Both the position numbers and the translations under genes were made by a program. Shown here piece after piece: positions 38,036 to 48,061 of a DNA stretch of 64,000 nt; positions within the stretch are counted from its first letter, which is position 1, and every line of letters begins with the position of its first letter. The DNA comes from Syntrophales bacterium (GTDB lineage Bacteria; Desulfobacterota; Syntrophia; Syntrophales; UBA8958), in contig JAOAFE010000003.1 in assembly GCA_026416455.1 (NCBI GenBank), forward strand, positions 7,779 to 71,778, given 5' to 3'. The notes beneath the pieces are model-generated. The model saw only the letters and a program-made list of their open reading frames with translations, ran no database searches and was not told the DNA's origin.

Positions 38036-39058
38036 TCACCATCGCCAGCCCTGGATATCGAGATTCGCAAGTCTCAACTTTTTTGCATGATTGACCACTG
38101 TCATATATTCTTCTTTTGTAATTCGACGGGCGATTTCAGGGAACTCTCTGGCTCGATGAAGAGGCATATATTGAGACATGATATTGACGTAAGTATCTAG
38201 AGGCAGGTGAGTTGCAATCCAATCTAGCACCTTGATGCTCCCCGAGACGTTATTCGGCATAACCAAATGCCGGATCATAAGTCCCCGATAGATGAGCCCA
38301 TCCGGTTGCACCTTGGCTACTCCAACTTGTCGATGCATTTCTAATACGGCTTTTTGGGTGTCTTCCGGATAGCTACGGGCACCGGCTGAGAAGCGAGCCG
38401 CCATCTCTCCCTCGGCATACTTCATATCGGGCAAATAAATGTCTACTATTCCGTCCAAAATCTTTAGTATTTCCAATCTCTCCCATCCGCACGTATTGTA
38501 CACGAGAGGAAGACGCAAACCCATTTGTGCCGCTTTGTCCACAGCCAAAACAATATGCGGGGAATAATGCGTAGGTGTAACTAAATTGATGTTAACGCAT
38601 CCCTGACGCTGAAGATTGATCATCATATGTGCCATATCATCAATACTACATGCCTTTCCCATCCCACCTTGGCTGATTTCCCAATTACAGCAAAACACAC
38701 ATCGTAGATTACAGTGGGTCAAAAAAATTGTGCCCGATCCACCTTGGCCCACCAAAGGCCTTTCTTCCCCGAAATGAGGGTGATAGGCCGAAATTTCCAA
38801 TTGAGAATTGGCCCCGCAGAAGCCACGTTTCCCATCCAAACGATTAGTTCCACATTGCCTCGGACAGAGTCTACAAGAGGCCATCATCTGCCACAGCTGT
38901 TCTCCTCGTCTCTTGAGTTCCCCCGTTTCTTGAAGAGTGATATACGCAGGCATGAATTTCTCCCGTCGTCTATTATTTGACTTCGCAAAAGCCGGGAAAA
39001 GCAAGCTCCCCAGACCGGAAGCAACGAGAAATAACAAAAACCGACGTGTCAAAAGCAT
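38036..39058 (-). CDS. radical SAM protein, PflX-like (COG1313 type)
   Basis: 340 aa. Motifs CRLCPRQCGTNRLDGKRGFCGA, HFGEERPLVG and GSGTIFLTHCNLRCVFCCNWEIS (CxxxCxxC). An alternative start at M36 (ATG 38953) has a better SD. Confidence 0.8.
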   Translation of the reverse strand: MLLTRRFLLFLVASGLGSLLFPAFAKSNNRRREKFMPAYITLQETGELKRRGEQLWQMMASCRLCPRQCGTNRLDGKRGFCGANSQLEISAYHPHFGEERPLVGQGGSGTIFLTHCNLRCVFCCNWEISQGGMGKACSIDDMAHMMINLQRQGCVNINLVTPTHYSPHIVLAVDKAAQMGLRLPLVYNTCGWERLEILKILDGIVDIYLPDMKYAEGEMAARFSAGARSYPEDTQKAVLEMHRQVGVAKVQPDGLIYRGLMIRHLVMPNNVSGSIKVLDWIATHLPLDTYVNIMSQYMPLHRAREFPEIARRITKEEYMTVVNHAKKLRLANLDIQGWRW

Positions 39059-39094
39059 AGAACTCTATTTTTGATTAACAATAAAGGCAATAAA

Positions 39095-39192
39095 TGGCGG
39101 AAGTGCATGGGAATCGAACCCACCTGGGATGGTTTTAGCACCCCACACCGGATTTGAAGTCCGGGAGGCCCACCAGTGACCTTGGCACTTCC
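39095..39192 (-). tRNA. selC: tRNA-Sec (anticodon UCA)
   Basis: The minus strand reads GGAAGTGC...CCGGACTTCAAATCCGG...long variable arm...GGGTTCGATTCCC...GCACTTCCGCCA. It has an 8-bp acceptor stem, a UCA anticodon in a CUUCAAA loop, a ~25-nt extra arm and encoded CCA. It closely parallels E. coli selC as I recall it. Confidence 0.9.
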
Positions 39193-39204
39193 ACCTAACC
39201 CTCC

Positions 39205-40428
39205 CTATACCAGAGAATAATCGTCAGTCAAAAATTGTACCTCCACCTCTTCTCCCCTCTTTACTAACTCCTTTTCTTCGGGGAGTACGATGAGGACATT
39301 GGCTTTTACCAGGGAAGAAATAATCCCGGAACCTTGCCCTCCCGTGGTTTTTACCAAATACCTTCCCCCCTCCTCCCTCATTACACCTCTAATAAAATAC
39401 CTAAATCCAACACTTTTCTCAATGTCTTCTTCCACTACAGCACGAACTACGGGTCGAAGCAGCTCCTTGAAACCCATCATCTTCCTAAGTGCAGGCCGGA
39501 CAAATTGTTCAAAAGAAACGGCCGAAGATACGGGATTACCGGGCAAGCCAAAAATGGGCACTCCTCCTATAAACCCGAAAGCCAAGGGACGTCCAGGCCG
39601 CATGGCTACTCGCCAGAATTTTAATTCGCTCCCCGCCTCTTGCATAACCTCTTTCACCAAATCATAATCACCCACAGATACACCGCCAGAGGAAATAATA
39701 AGATCGCCTTTTGCCGCCTCTAAAAAAATCCGGCGCAGCACATTTCGTTCATCAGGCACGATGCCCAACATCACGGGGATGGCGCCACAGGCTTTTACGC
39801 TGGCCGCCAAGGCGTAACTATTGCTGTTTATAATCTTTTCCGGAGACACCTCCCCATCTATCTCAACCAGCTCACTTCCCGTTGATACGATGGTTACACG
39901 AGGGCGTTGGTGAACGGAGACGAAGGATCGCCCTACCGCGGCACACATGGCAATCTCGGCCGGGCGTGCTGTCGTTCCCTTGGCAATAACGAGGCTTCCC
40001 GCCCTTACATCCTCCCCCGCATATCTAACATCAAGGCCGGGCGGGATAGGTCTCCGCACCAAAATTTTCTCATCCCTTTCTTCCACCTCTTCTTTTCTAA
40101 TGACGGCATCGGCTCCTTCAGGAAGAGGAGCTCCCGTCATTATTTTCACCGCTTCTCCTTTACCTAATGTTCGCCTAATGACGACCCCCGCCGGTACCTC
40201 GGCTACCACCCTAAGCCAAACGGGCTTATCTACCGCCGCACCCCACGTATCCTCCGCACGAACGGCAAATCCATCCATCGCCGAGTTATTGACGGGAGGA
40301 AGATCCCGTTTTGAATAGATATCTTCTGCTATTACTCGCCCTAAGGCCTCAAGAAGGCTAACTTTCTCTCCCCTGAGGGGTGATATACTCCCTAGAATGA
40401 TCTCCCGAGCTTCATCTACACTAATCAT
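39205..40428 (-). CDS. moeA: molybdopterin molybdotransferase
   Basis: ORF 39205..40464 begins at TTG; ATG 40428 (MISVDEAREIILG) is preferred. Motifs SAMDGFAV, SGGVSVGDYD and PGNPVSS. Confidence 0.9.
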   Translation of the reverse strand: MISVDEAREIILGSISPLRGEKVSLLEALGRVIAEDIYSKRDLPPVNNSAMDGFAVRAEDTWGAAVDKPVWLRVVAEVPAGVVIRRTLGKGEAVKIMTGAPLPEGADAVIRKEEVEERDEKILVRRPIPPGLDVRYAGEDVRAGSLVIAKGTTARPAEIAMCAAVGRSFVSVHQRPRVTIVSTGSELVEIDGEVSPEKIINSNSYALAASVKACGAIPVMLGIVPDERNVLRRIFLEAAKGDLIISSGGVSVGDYDLVKEVMQEAGSELKFWRVAMRPGRPLAFGFIGGVPIFGLPGNPVSSAVSFEQFVRPALRKMMGFKELLRPVVRAVVEEDIEKSVGFRYFIRGVMREEGGRYLVKTTGGQGSGIISSLVKANVLIVLPEEKELVKRGEEVEVQFLTDDYSLV

Positions 40429-40523
40429 ATGGCACTTCTTACCTGTCTTTCTCCCCCTTGTCAATGTATAAGGAGCAGATTATGCTTGTAATCTTTGATC
40501 ACGTCGGATAGAAGGCAACGCCT

Positions 40524-43500
40524 ATGATAGAAGATCCAAACCTACAAAAAATAGTCGATCATCTTTTAAACTCCCATGCCCCCCTAAGGGTGAGGGGAGC
40601 CATCCAAGGCCTCAAGGCTTTACTCATTGCGACCATCTTTCAAGGCACGGGAAAGCCCACAATCTTTGTCAGCCCCACGGAAAAAGAGGCTATAACCCTT
40701 ACCCAAGATGTATCTATTTTCCTTGATGACGAGTGCGTTTTTTCCTTCCCCCCCTGGGAAACCGTGTCATCGGACATGTTTTCTTTTCAGCCTGACAGAG
40801 AAAGGGAACGGATAAACATTCTTTTCCGCTTGTTCAATGGAGAAAGAATGGTAGTCATAATTCCCGTGGCGGCATTCCGGGAACTTACGATTCCCATCGA
40901 AAACTTCATCAACTGCTTATACACTTACCGAATAGGGGATAAAGTAGACCGAGATCTTTTAACGACGCGACTCCTGCAAGGTGGGTACGTTCGGACGGCA
41001 ATTGTGACCGCCCCGGGAGAGTTTAGTGTAAGGGGCTATATCGTTGACCTCTACCCTCCCACGGAAAAAACCGGCCTGCGCCTGGAGTTGATAGGCGATG
41101 AAATCGATTCTATCCGTGAATTTGACCCCATTTCTCAACGTTCCATTAGGGAGCGGTCCTCTTTATACCTGCCCCCCGCCAGGGAAATCACGATAGATGA
41201 AAAGGCGCAAGAACGAGCCTTAAGGCAGATGAAAATCAGGGCTAACGACCTCGGTCTCCCTAAAAAGGTAAAGGAAGGGCTGGAAGAGAAAATGCTAAGC
41301 CCCCTGATAGCTTCCGTGAATCCCCTCTATTTTTCCCTTTTCTATGAAAAGTCCTCTGAGCGGGATTCACTTTTTCCTTACCTTCCAAAAGAGGCCATAA
41401 TAGTGCTCGATGACCCGATTGAACTCGAGCGAGGATTAGTTCAACAAGAAAACGAATTTCATCGACTCTGTCATCAGGCACATCGAGAGGGAAAATTCTT
41501 TCCCGAGGAAAGAGAGGTCTATCTCCCCCGCGAAGAAGTAAAGGCACGACTTTTTGAAAAAGGCCGCCTTCTTATCGATCAGCTCGGTATAACTCCTGGC
41601 GATGAGGATTCCATTAACCTTCCAGGCACGACGGAACTGGATCTTAGATCTCGTCCTCATCTTCTCCCTGAAGACGCAGGTCTTTTTTCTCCTGTTGCCG
41701 AACGTTTAATGACCTGGATTAATGAGGGAAACCGCGTCCTCATCATTTGCTCAGGAGAAGAAGAAAGCAAGAGAATGACCCATTTACTGTCTCTTTATGG
41801 ATTGTCGGGAGAAAGGCTTTCCCTGTCTTCCCCGCTAATCGACAGTCTCTTGAAAAGGACCCCCCTACCTCCCATTTCCCTGAAAGAAGGTAAGTTAAGC
41901 AGAGGATTTATCTATCCACCTCTCAAAATAGTGTTTCTCAGCGAAGCTGATATCTTTGGGAAAAAGGCTAGCCGCCGCCATAAGTTCAAATTGCCGCGTG
42001 AATCATTTTTCTTGAGATCCTTTGGCGACTTAAAAGAGGGAGATTATGTTGTCCACAAAGACCATGGCATTGGCGTGTACAGAGGTTTAAAGAAAATAAA
42101 ATTTGATCAAATAGAAAATGATTTCCTTCTCATAGAATACGCCGCGGGAGATAAATTATACCTGCCCGTTGATCGTATGGACCGCATTCAACGTTATTTG
42201 GGTCCGGAAGACTACACACCGCGCATCGACCGTCTGGGTAGCTCCAATTGGGAAAACCTAAAAACGCGCGTCAAAGAATCGATACACAGAGTGGCGGAGG
42301 AACTTGTAGCCATTTATGCCGCCAGAGCCGTGATGGAACGCCGGCCCTTTGCTCCCACTGACAGATTTTATGAAGAATTTTGTGCCCTTTTCGAATACGA
42401 AGAGACACAAGATCAAGCCCAGGCGATTGAAGATGTCCATGCCGACATGAGCCGCGACCGTCCCATGGACCGCCTCATTTGCGGTGATGCCGGCTTTGGA
42501 AAGACAGAAGTTGCCCTTCGTGCTGCCTTTCGGGCTGTTATGGATGCGAAGCAAGTTGCCCTATTGGTCCCTACAACTATCTTGGCGGAGCAACATTATC
42601 AAACGTTTAAAGAGCGCTTTCATAAATTTCCTGTCCGCGTGGAAGTATTGAACCGTTTAAAATCCAAAACAGAGATTGAAGAAATTTTACGCGGTTTGAG
42701 TAGTGGTCACGTTGATATAGTAATAGGCACACACCGCCTTTTGCAAAAAGACGTTAAATTTAAGGATTTAGGCCTTGTGATTATCGACGAGGAGCAGAGA
42801 TTTGGAGTTAAGGACAAAGAAAAGCTAAAAAAATTGAGGACTCTGGTCGATGTGCTCACCCTTAGCGCGACTCCCATTCCCAGAACTCTCCACCTCGCCT
42901 TGGTGGGATTAAGGGACATGTCTGTCATCAATACTCCTCCAGAAAATCGCTTGCCCATTAAAACATACGTCATGGAATTTAACGATAGCATTATCAGCGA
43001 TGCCATAAGGAAAGAACTCGCTCGTGGGGGCCAGGCATTCTTTCTTCACGACCGTGTTAGATCTATCTATACCATGGCTCATTATCTCGAGCGTCTGATA
43101 CCAGAGGCGAAGATCGTCGTCGTCCACGGCCAGCTTAAGCCCCGCGAAATTGAAGATGCTATGTTGAAGTTTATAAAAAAAGAGGCTAACGTCCTCGTAT
43201 GCACGTCCATAATCAGTGCCGGTTTAGACATCCCTTCAGCCAACACGATCATAATCAACCGGGCCGATCGCTTCGGTCTCTCCCAGCTCTATCAAATCCG
43301 TGGTCGGGTGGGGCGTTTTAAAGAAGAAGCTTACGCCTATTTATTAATACCGAAAGGGGCGATGCTCTCCCGGGACGCTGTACGGAGATTGCAAGTAATC
43401 ATGGAACTTACTGAACCAGGCTCCGGATTTCGAATTGCGGCGAGCGATTTAGACATTCGGGGCGCCGGTAACATTTTAGGATTGGCACAATCAGGTCATG

Positions 43501-44030
43501 TGTCAGCGATAGGATATGAGCTTTATACGGAATTGATGGAACAGACCATAAGAGAATTAAAAGGAGAGTATCGGGCAGAGGAAGAAGATTTCCGACCAGA
43601 AATCAATCTAGGTATTTCAGCTTTCATCCCGAGCGAATATATGCCGGACGAACACCTTCGCTTGTTTCATTACAAACGCATCTCCATGGCATCCACCGAC
43701 GAGGAACTGGCAGATATTAAAGAAGACCTTCTTGACTCCCACGGGCGCCCTCCGGAAGAATTAGAAAATTTATTTGATATTATTAAAATTAGGAACTACC
43801 TGCGTCAACTAAGAATCCGAAAACTTACATACAACGGAAAGGACTTTTCCTTGCATTTTTCTCCCTCTTGTACCGTCGATCCGCAGAGAATTATCTCCAT
43901 CATTAAGAACACAGGAAATAGATCGAAAATCTCACCGGACCTCGTTCTCACCCTACCTTTTCCTAATTTGACGGGCCGGCAGATCATCATCCGGATAATG
44001 GAGATAATTAGCTCCTTCATCAGTGGTTGA
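40524..44030 (+). CDS. mfd: transcription-repair coupling factor
   Basis: 1168 aa. UvrB-homology N-terminus, CarD-like GDYVVHKDHGIG, GDAGFGKTEVA, DEEQRFGV and a TRG motif region. Confidence 0.95.
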   Translation: MIEDPNLQKIVDHLLNSHAPLRVRGAIQGLKALLIATIFQGTGKPTIFVSPTEKEAITLTQDVSIFLDDECVFSFPPWETVSSDMFSFQPDRERERINILFRLFNGERMVVIIPVAAFRELTIPIENFINCLYTYRIGDKVDRDLLTTRLLQGGYVRTAIVTAPGEFSVRGYIVDLYPPTEKTGLRLELIGDEIDSIREFDPISQRSIRERSSLYLPPAREITIDEKAQERALRQMKIRANDLGLPKKVKEGLEEKMLSPLIASVNPLYFSLFYEKSSERDSLFPYLPKEAIIVLDDPIELERGLVQQENEFHRLCHQAHREGKFFPEEREVYLPREEVKARLFEKGRLLIDQLGITPGDEDSINLPGTTELDLRSRPHLLPEDAGLFSPVAERLMTWINEGNRVLIICSGEEESKRMTHLLSLYGLSGERLSLSSPLIDSLLKRTPLPPISLKEGKLSRGFIYPPLKIVFLSEADIFGKKASRRHKFKLPRESFFLRSFGDLKEGDYVVHKDHGIGVYRGLKKIKFDQIENDFLLIEYAAGDKLYLPVDRMDRIQRYLGPEDYTPRIDRLGSSNWENLKTRVKESIHRVAEELVAIYAARAVMERRPFAPTDRFYEEFCALFEYEETQDQAQAIEDVHADMSRDRPMDRLICGDAGFGKTEVALRAAFRAVMDAKQVALLVPTTILAEQHYQTFKERFHKFPVRVEVLNRLKSKTEIEEILRGLSSGHVDIVIGTHRLLQKDVKFKDLGLVIIDEEQRFGVKDKEKLKKLRTLVDVLTLSATPIPRTLHLALVGLRDMSVINTPPENRLPIKTYVMEFNDSIISDAIRKELARGGQAFFLHDRVRSIYTMAHYLERLIPEAKIVVVHGQLKPREIEDAMLKFIKKEANVLVCTSIISAGLDIPSANTIIINRADRFGLSQLYQIRGRVGRFKEEAYAYLLIPKGAMLSRDAVRRLQVIMELTEPGSGFRIAASDLDIRGAGNILGLAQSGHVSAIGYELYTELMEQTIRELKGEYRAEEEDFRPEINLGISAFIPSEYMPDEHLRLFHYKRISMASTDEELADIKEDLLDSHGRPPEELENLFDIIKIRNYLRQLRIRKLTYNGKDFSLHFSPSCTVDPQRIISIIKNTGNRSKISPDLVLTLPFPNLTGRQIIIRIMEIISSFISG

Positions 44031-44090
44031 TAGACATGGCCATTGCTGCTATCGTTAATTAAAACTAATGAGCGAAAGGGGTGGGTTACC

Positions 44091-45062
44091 ATGAGAAAAT
44101 GGTTTTTTCTCTTGCTATTTATGACAACAATTATCATCTTCGCGCCCATGGTGAGGGCGGCAATTGTGGATCGGATCGTGGCTGTCGTAAACGAAGACAT
44201 TATCACTCTATCGGAATTGAAAGAGGCCTTTGCGCCTTATCGGGAACGTCTAGAAAGATCTACCCCTGAATCGGAAAGACCTCGAGCTACAGAAGAAGCT
44301 ATGAGATTCCTTCTTGACCGTTTGATAAATAATAAACTTATTGAACAGCAAGCTAGGAAAAAAGGCATTGTTGTCCGAGAAGATGAAGTCATGAACTATA
44401 TCTCCCGTCTTCTAGAAAGCAAAAAAATTACCTTGGCCGATTTTATAAAATCACTGGAAGAGGCGGGAACAAATTTAGAAAGATACAAAGAAGAATTGCG
44501 GGCCGATATGCTCCGAAATCGTCTCATCCGCCGAGAGATCCAAACGAAAATTGTCGTAAGCGATGAAGAAATAGGGGAGTATTACAAAAAACACCGGGAG
44601 GACTATGAAGGAAAAGAAGCCATCCGTCTCAAACAGATCCTCATCCCCGTGGAGCCTGGAACTAAAGAAGAAAAAATAGAGGAGTTAAAAAAACTAGCCG
44701 AAGGGATTCGCCAACGGCTCGAAAAAGGAGAGCCTTTTGATATTATAGCCGAACAAGTCGTCCCCGGCACGTCTTCGCTCGCGGGAGGTGATTTGGGATT
44801 TATCGAGAGAGGACACATGCATGCGGAGGTGGAAGAAGTGGCCTTTTCTTTACCCATCGGAAAAATAAGCCCCGTCATAAGATCCCCGGCAGGTTTTCAT
44901 ATCCTTCTTGTCACCGAAAAAAAGGGAGCGGGCATCAAGCCACTGTCAGAAGTGCGCATGGAAATCCTCCAGAAAATAGAAGAAAAGAAGATGATCGAGC
45001 GTTTCGATCAATGGATAGAAACCTATCGAAAAATGTCCATTATTGAAATCCGTTTTCCATAA
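44091..45062 (+). CDS. SurA-like periplasmic peptidylprolyl isomerase (parvulin/PpiC type)
   Basis: ORF 44043..45062. ATG 44091 is preferred, before the signal peptide MRKWFFLLLFMTTIIIFAPMVRA. SurA N-domain plus a parvulin domain (GGDLGFIERG, SPAGFHIL). Confidence 0.8.
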   Translation: MRKWFFLLLFMTTIIIFAPMVRAAIVDRIVAVVNEDIITLSELKEAFAPYRERLERSTPESERPRATEEAMRFLLDRLINNKLIEQQARKKGIVVREDEVMNYISRLLESKKITLADFIKSLEEAGTNLERYKEELRADMLRNRLIRREIQTKIVVSDEEIGEYYKKHREDYEGKEAIRLKQILIPVEPGTKEEKIEELKKLAEGIRQRLEKGEPFDIIAEQVVPGTSSLAGGDLGFIERGHMHAEVEEVAFSLPIGKISPVIRSPAGFHILLVTEKKGAGIKPLSEVRMEILQKIEEKKMIERFDQWIETYRKMSIIEIRFP

Positions 45063-45067
45063 GCAAA

Positions 45068-47884
45068 ATGAATTTTATCCGTATTAAAGGGGCGGCTCAA
45101 CACAATCTAAAACACATCAACCTCGATCTCCCCCGCGATAAGATGATTGTAATAACCGGAGTAAGTGGTTCCGGTAAATCATCGCTCGCCTTTGATACTA
45201 TATATGCGGAAGGACAAAGACGTTACGTAGAATCTCTATCTACCTATGCCCGTCAGTTTATCGGCCAGATGGACAAACCGGAAGTGGAATCCATTGAGGG
45301 GTTATCACCAGCTATTGCCATAGAACAGCGTTCTTCCGGCCATAACCCTCGCTCAACGGTTGGTACGGTAACAGAAATATATGATTATTTACGTCTCCTT
45401 TTCGCCCGTATTGGAATCCCTCACTGCCCCATCTGCAATCGGATAATCAAATCTCAGACCATAGATACTATGGTAGAGAGTGTGTTATCTCTCTCTTCCG
45501 GTACGCGTATTCACATTCTTTCACCCATTGCTCGGGGGAAAAAAGGAGAATTTCAAAGAGAATTCAAAAAACTCTTAAAAGAAGGATTCGTCCGGGTACG
45601 GGTAGATGGAGAGATGAGGGACCTCTCAGATGAAATAATTCTCGACAAGAACAAGAAGCACGATATCGAAGTGGTTGTAGATAGGCTGGTTATCAAAGAT
45701 GGCATTCGCCAGCGCCTTCGTGACTCCATAGAAACCGCCTCGCATTTAAGCGACGGTCTCGTCGTCGTTCAAATCGTGGACGGAGAAGAAATCATATTCA
45801 GTGAGAGGTACGCATGTCCCATCTGTGGCATAAGCCTTCCTGAACTGGCCCCGAGAATCTTTTCCTTCAATAGCCCTTATGGTGCATGCCCAGAGTGCGG
45901 CGGCCTGGGCAGCAAAATGTTTTTCGACGAAAACCTTATCGTGCCTGACCCTTATCTTTCTCTGCGAGAAGGTGCCATTGCCCCTTGGGAGGGACGGGAC
46001 ACCCTTCAATATCATCAAATGCTTCAAGCTATCGCCAATCATTTTCATTTTGATCTAAATACCCCTTTCTATCAACTTCCCGCAAAAGTTCAAGAAGTGC
46101 TCCTCTATGGCTCCGGAGAAGAACCCATAAAATTTTTTGCCGACCGCGATGGACGGCGTATCTTCTACACTCGTCCTTTTGAGGGAGTTATTAAACAGTT
46201 GGAGAGACGTTGGCGGGAGACCCAATCCCTATCACTTAAAATAGAACTAAGTCGATACATCAATCAGCGTGAATGTCCCGCTTGTCACGGTTCCCGCCTG
46301 AAAAAGGAAAGTCTGTCTGTCCGTGTGGGAGGGCTCAATATATATGAGATATGTCGCCTTTCGATAGGAGAGGTTTACCATTTTTTCCAAAAACTACAGC
46401 TTGCTCCCCAAGAAAAAGTTATTTCCGAAAGGGTAAGGAAAGAGATCTTAGACCGTCTAAAATTTCTCATCGACGTAGGTATGGATTACCTCAGTCTCGA
46501 CCGGTCGGCAAACTCTCTTTCAGGAGGAGAAAATCAACGTATCCGCCTGGCAACCCAAATAGGCTCGGGCCTGATGGGGGTCCTTTATATCCTCGACGAA
46601 CCGACCGTTGGTCTTCACCAAAGGGATACGGAAAGACTCATCCAAACGCTGAAGAGATTGCGTGACTTAGGGAACACGGTGATTATAGTAGAACATGATG
46701 CTGACGTCATGAGGGCTTCAGACCACATCGTGGACATGGGGCCGGGCGCGGGAGAAGAAGGTGGTGAAGTCGTATTCCAAGGTACACCAATAGAAATCTG
46801 CACGTGTGAGAAATCCCTCACGGGCCAGTATCTATCGGGCAAGAAAAGGATTGATCCGCCTAAGACGAGGAGGAAGCCGTCGGATAAATTCATCATCATC
46901 GAAGGTGCCTATGAGCATAACTTAAAAAATATCGACATAAAAATTCCCGTCGGCTTATTTACCGTTGTAACCGGGGTCTCTGGCTCCGGAAAGAGTACGA
47001 TGGTCATCGAAACCCTTCACCGTACCCTAGCGAGGAAAATCAATCGTCAGAAAGGACCGATAGGAAAAATAAAACGCATCGTCGATCTTGGAGGGATCGA
47101 GCGCGTCATCCTTATCAATCAACAACCGATTGGACGCACACCTAGGTCAAATCCAGCTACTTATACCGGTGTCTTTCATCACATAAGAGATCTTTTTGCC
47201 AACCTACCAGAAGCAAGAATGAGGGGATACAAACCGGGACGCTTCAGCTTCAACGTGAAAGGAGGACGCTGTGAGGCCTGCGAAGGCAACGGTTTAATAC
47301 GTATTGAAATGCATTTCCTTCCCGATGTCTATGTGACGTGCGAGGCCTGTCGCGGAAAGCGTTTTAATCCCGATACCCTGGAAATTAGATACAAAGATAA
47401 GAATATTGACGACATCCTAAACTTGACGGTAACCCAGGCCCTCAGCTTTTTTGCCAATATCCCCACAATAAGGCAAAAGTTGGAACTTCTCCGGGACTGC
47501 GGATTGGGTTACATCAAATTAGGGCAATCCGCCACCACCCTTTCGGGCGGGGAAGCTCAGCGCATAAAACTGGCAAGGGAACTGGGAAAAAAGACAAACA
47601 GTAACACCCTTTATGTTTTAGATGAGCCAACCATCGGTCTTCATTTCGCCGATGTCCAAAAACTTATTGATATCCTTGATCGACTTGTCAGTATGGGAAA
47701 CACAGTAGTTGTAATCGAGCACAATCTCGACGTCATTAAGTGTGCCGATTACATAATAGACTTGGGCCCTGAAGGAGGTCCGAAGGGGGGACAGATAGTA
47801 GCAACGGGAACTCCGGAAGAGATTTGCCTCGTGAAAGAATCGCACACGGGGAGATTCCTAAAAGACTATCTTCACCTATCGTAA
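45068..47884 (+). CDS. uvrA: excinuclease ABC subunit A
   Basis: 938 aa. Two ABC modules (GVSGSGKSSLAFDT, GVSGSGKST), zinc fingers (CPICG...CPECGG; CEACEG...CEAC) and LSGGE signatures. Confidence 0.95.
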   Translation: MNFIRIKGAAQHNLKHINLDLPRDKMIVITGVSGSGKSSLAFDTIYAEGQRRYVESLSTYARQFIGQMDKPEVESIEGLSPAIAIEQRSSGHNPRSTVGTVTEIYDYLRLLFARIGIPHCPICNRIIKSQTIDTMVESVLSLSSGTRIHILSPIARGKKGEFQREFKKLLKEGFVRVRVDGEMRDLSDEIILDKNKKHDIEVVVDRLVIKDGIRQRLRDSIETASHLSDGLVVVQIVDGEEIIFSERYACPICGISLPELAPRIFSFNSPYGACPECGGLGSKMFFDENLIVPDPYLSLREGAIAPWEGRDTLQYHQMLQAIANHFHFDLNTPFYQLPAKVQEVLLYGSGEEPIKFFADRDGRRIFYTRPFEGVIKQLERRWRETQSLSLKIELSRYINQRECPACHGSRLKKESLSVRVGGLNIYEICRLSIGEVYHFFQKLQLAPQEKVISERVRKEILDRLKFLIDVGMDYLSLDRSANSLSGGENQRIRLATQIGSGLMGVLYILDEPTVGLHQRDTERLIQTLKRLRDLGNTVIIVEHDADVMRASDHIVDMGPGAGEEGGEVVFQGTPIEICTCEKSLTGQYLSGKKRIDPPKTRRKPSDKFIIIEGAYEHNLKNIDIKIPVGLFTVVTGVSGSGKSTMVIETLHRTLARKINRQKGPIGKIKRIVDLGGIERVILINQQPIGRTPRSNPATYTGVFHHIRDLFANLPEARMRGYKPGRFSFNVKGGRCEACEGNGLIRIEMHFLPDVYVTCEACRGKRFNPDTLEIRYKDKNIDDILNLTVTQALSFFANIPTIRQKLELLRDCGLGYIKLGQSATTLSGGEAQRIKLARELGKKTNSNTLYVLDEPTIGLHFADVQKLIDILDRLVSMGNTVVVIEHNLDVIKCADYIIDLGPEGGPKGGQIVATGTPEEICLVKESHTGRFLKDYLHLS

Positions 47885-47885
47885 G

Positions 47886-47915
47886 AAACAAAAAGGGGAG
47901 GTTTTTCGCCTCCCC
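47886..47915 (-). terminator. intrinsic terminator for tRNA-Glu (the hairpin also follows uvrA)
   Basis: GGGGAGG / CCTCCCC stem. The minus-strand reading is followed by TTTTTGTTTC. The plus-strand reading lacks a U-run. Confidence 0.7.
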
Positions 47916-47930
47916 GCTTGCTTGCAATAC

Positions 47931-48006
47931 TGGCGTCCCCACGGGGAGTCGAACCCCGGTTACAGGCGTGAAAGGCCTGTGTCCTAGGCCACTAGACGAT
48001 GGGGAC
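47931..48006 (-). tRNA. tRNA-Glu (anticodon UUC)
   Basis: The minus strand reads GTCCCCATCGTCTAGTGGCCTAGGACACAGGCCTTTCACGCCTGTAACCGGGGTTCGACTCCCCGTGGGGACGCCA. 76 nt cloverleaf with UUC in a CUUUCAC loop and encoded CCA. Confidence 0.9.
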
Positions 48007-48022
48007 CAAAAAAAGTTTTGGA

Positions 48023-48052
48023 TGTATAATGCTATCGGTGTAAAACTGTCAA
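48023..48052 (-). promoter_or_regulatory. candidate sigma70 promoter for tRNA-Glu
   Basis: The minus strand has TTGACA-17/18 nt-TTATACA, ending about 15 nt upstream of the mature 5' end. Confidence 0.45.
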
Positions 48053-48061
48053 GGAAAATCT

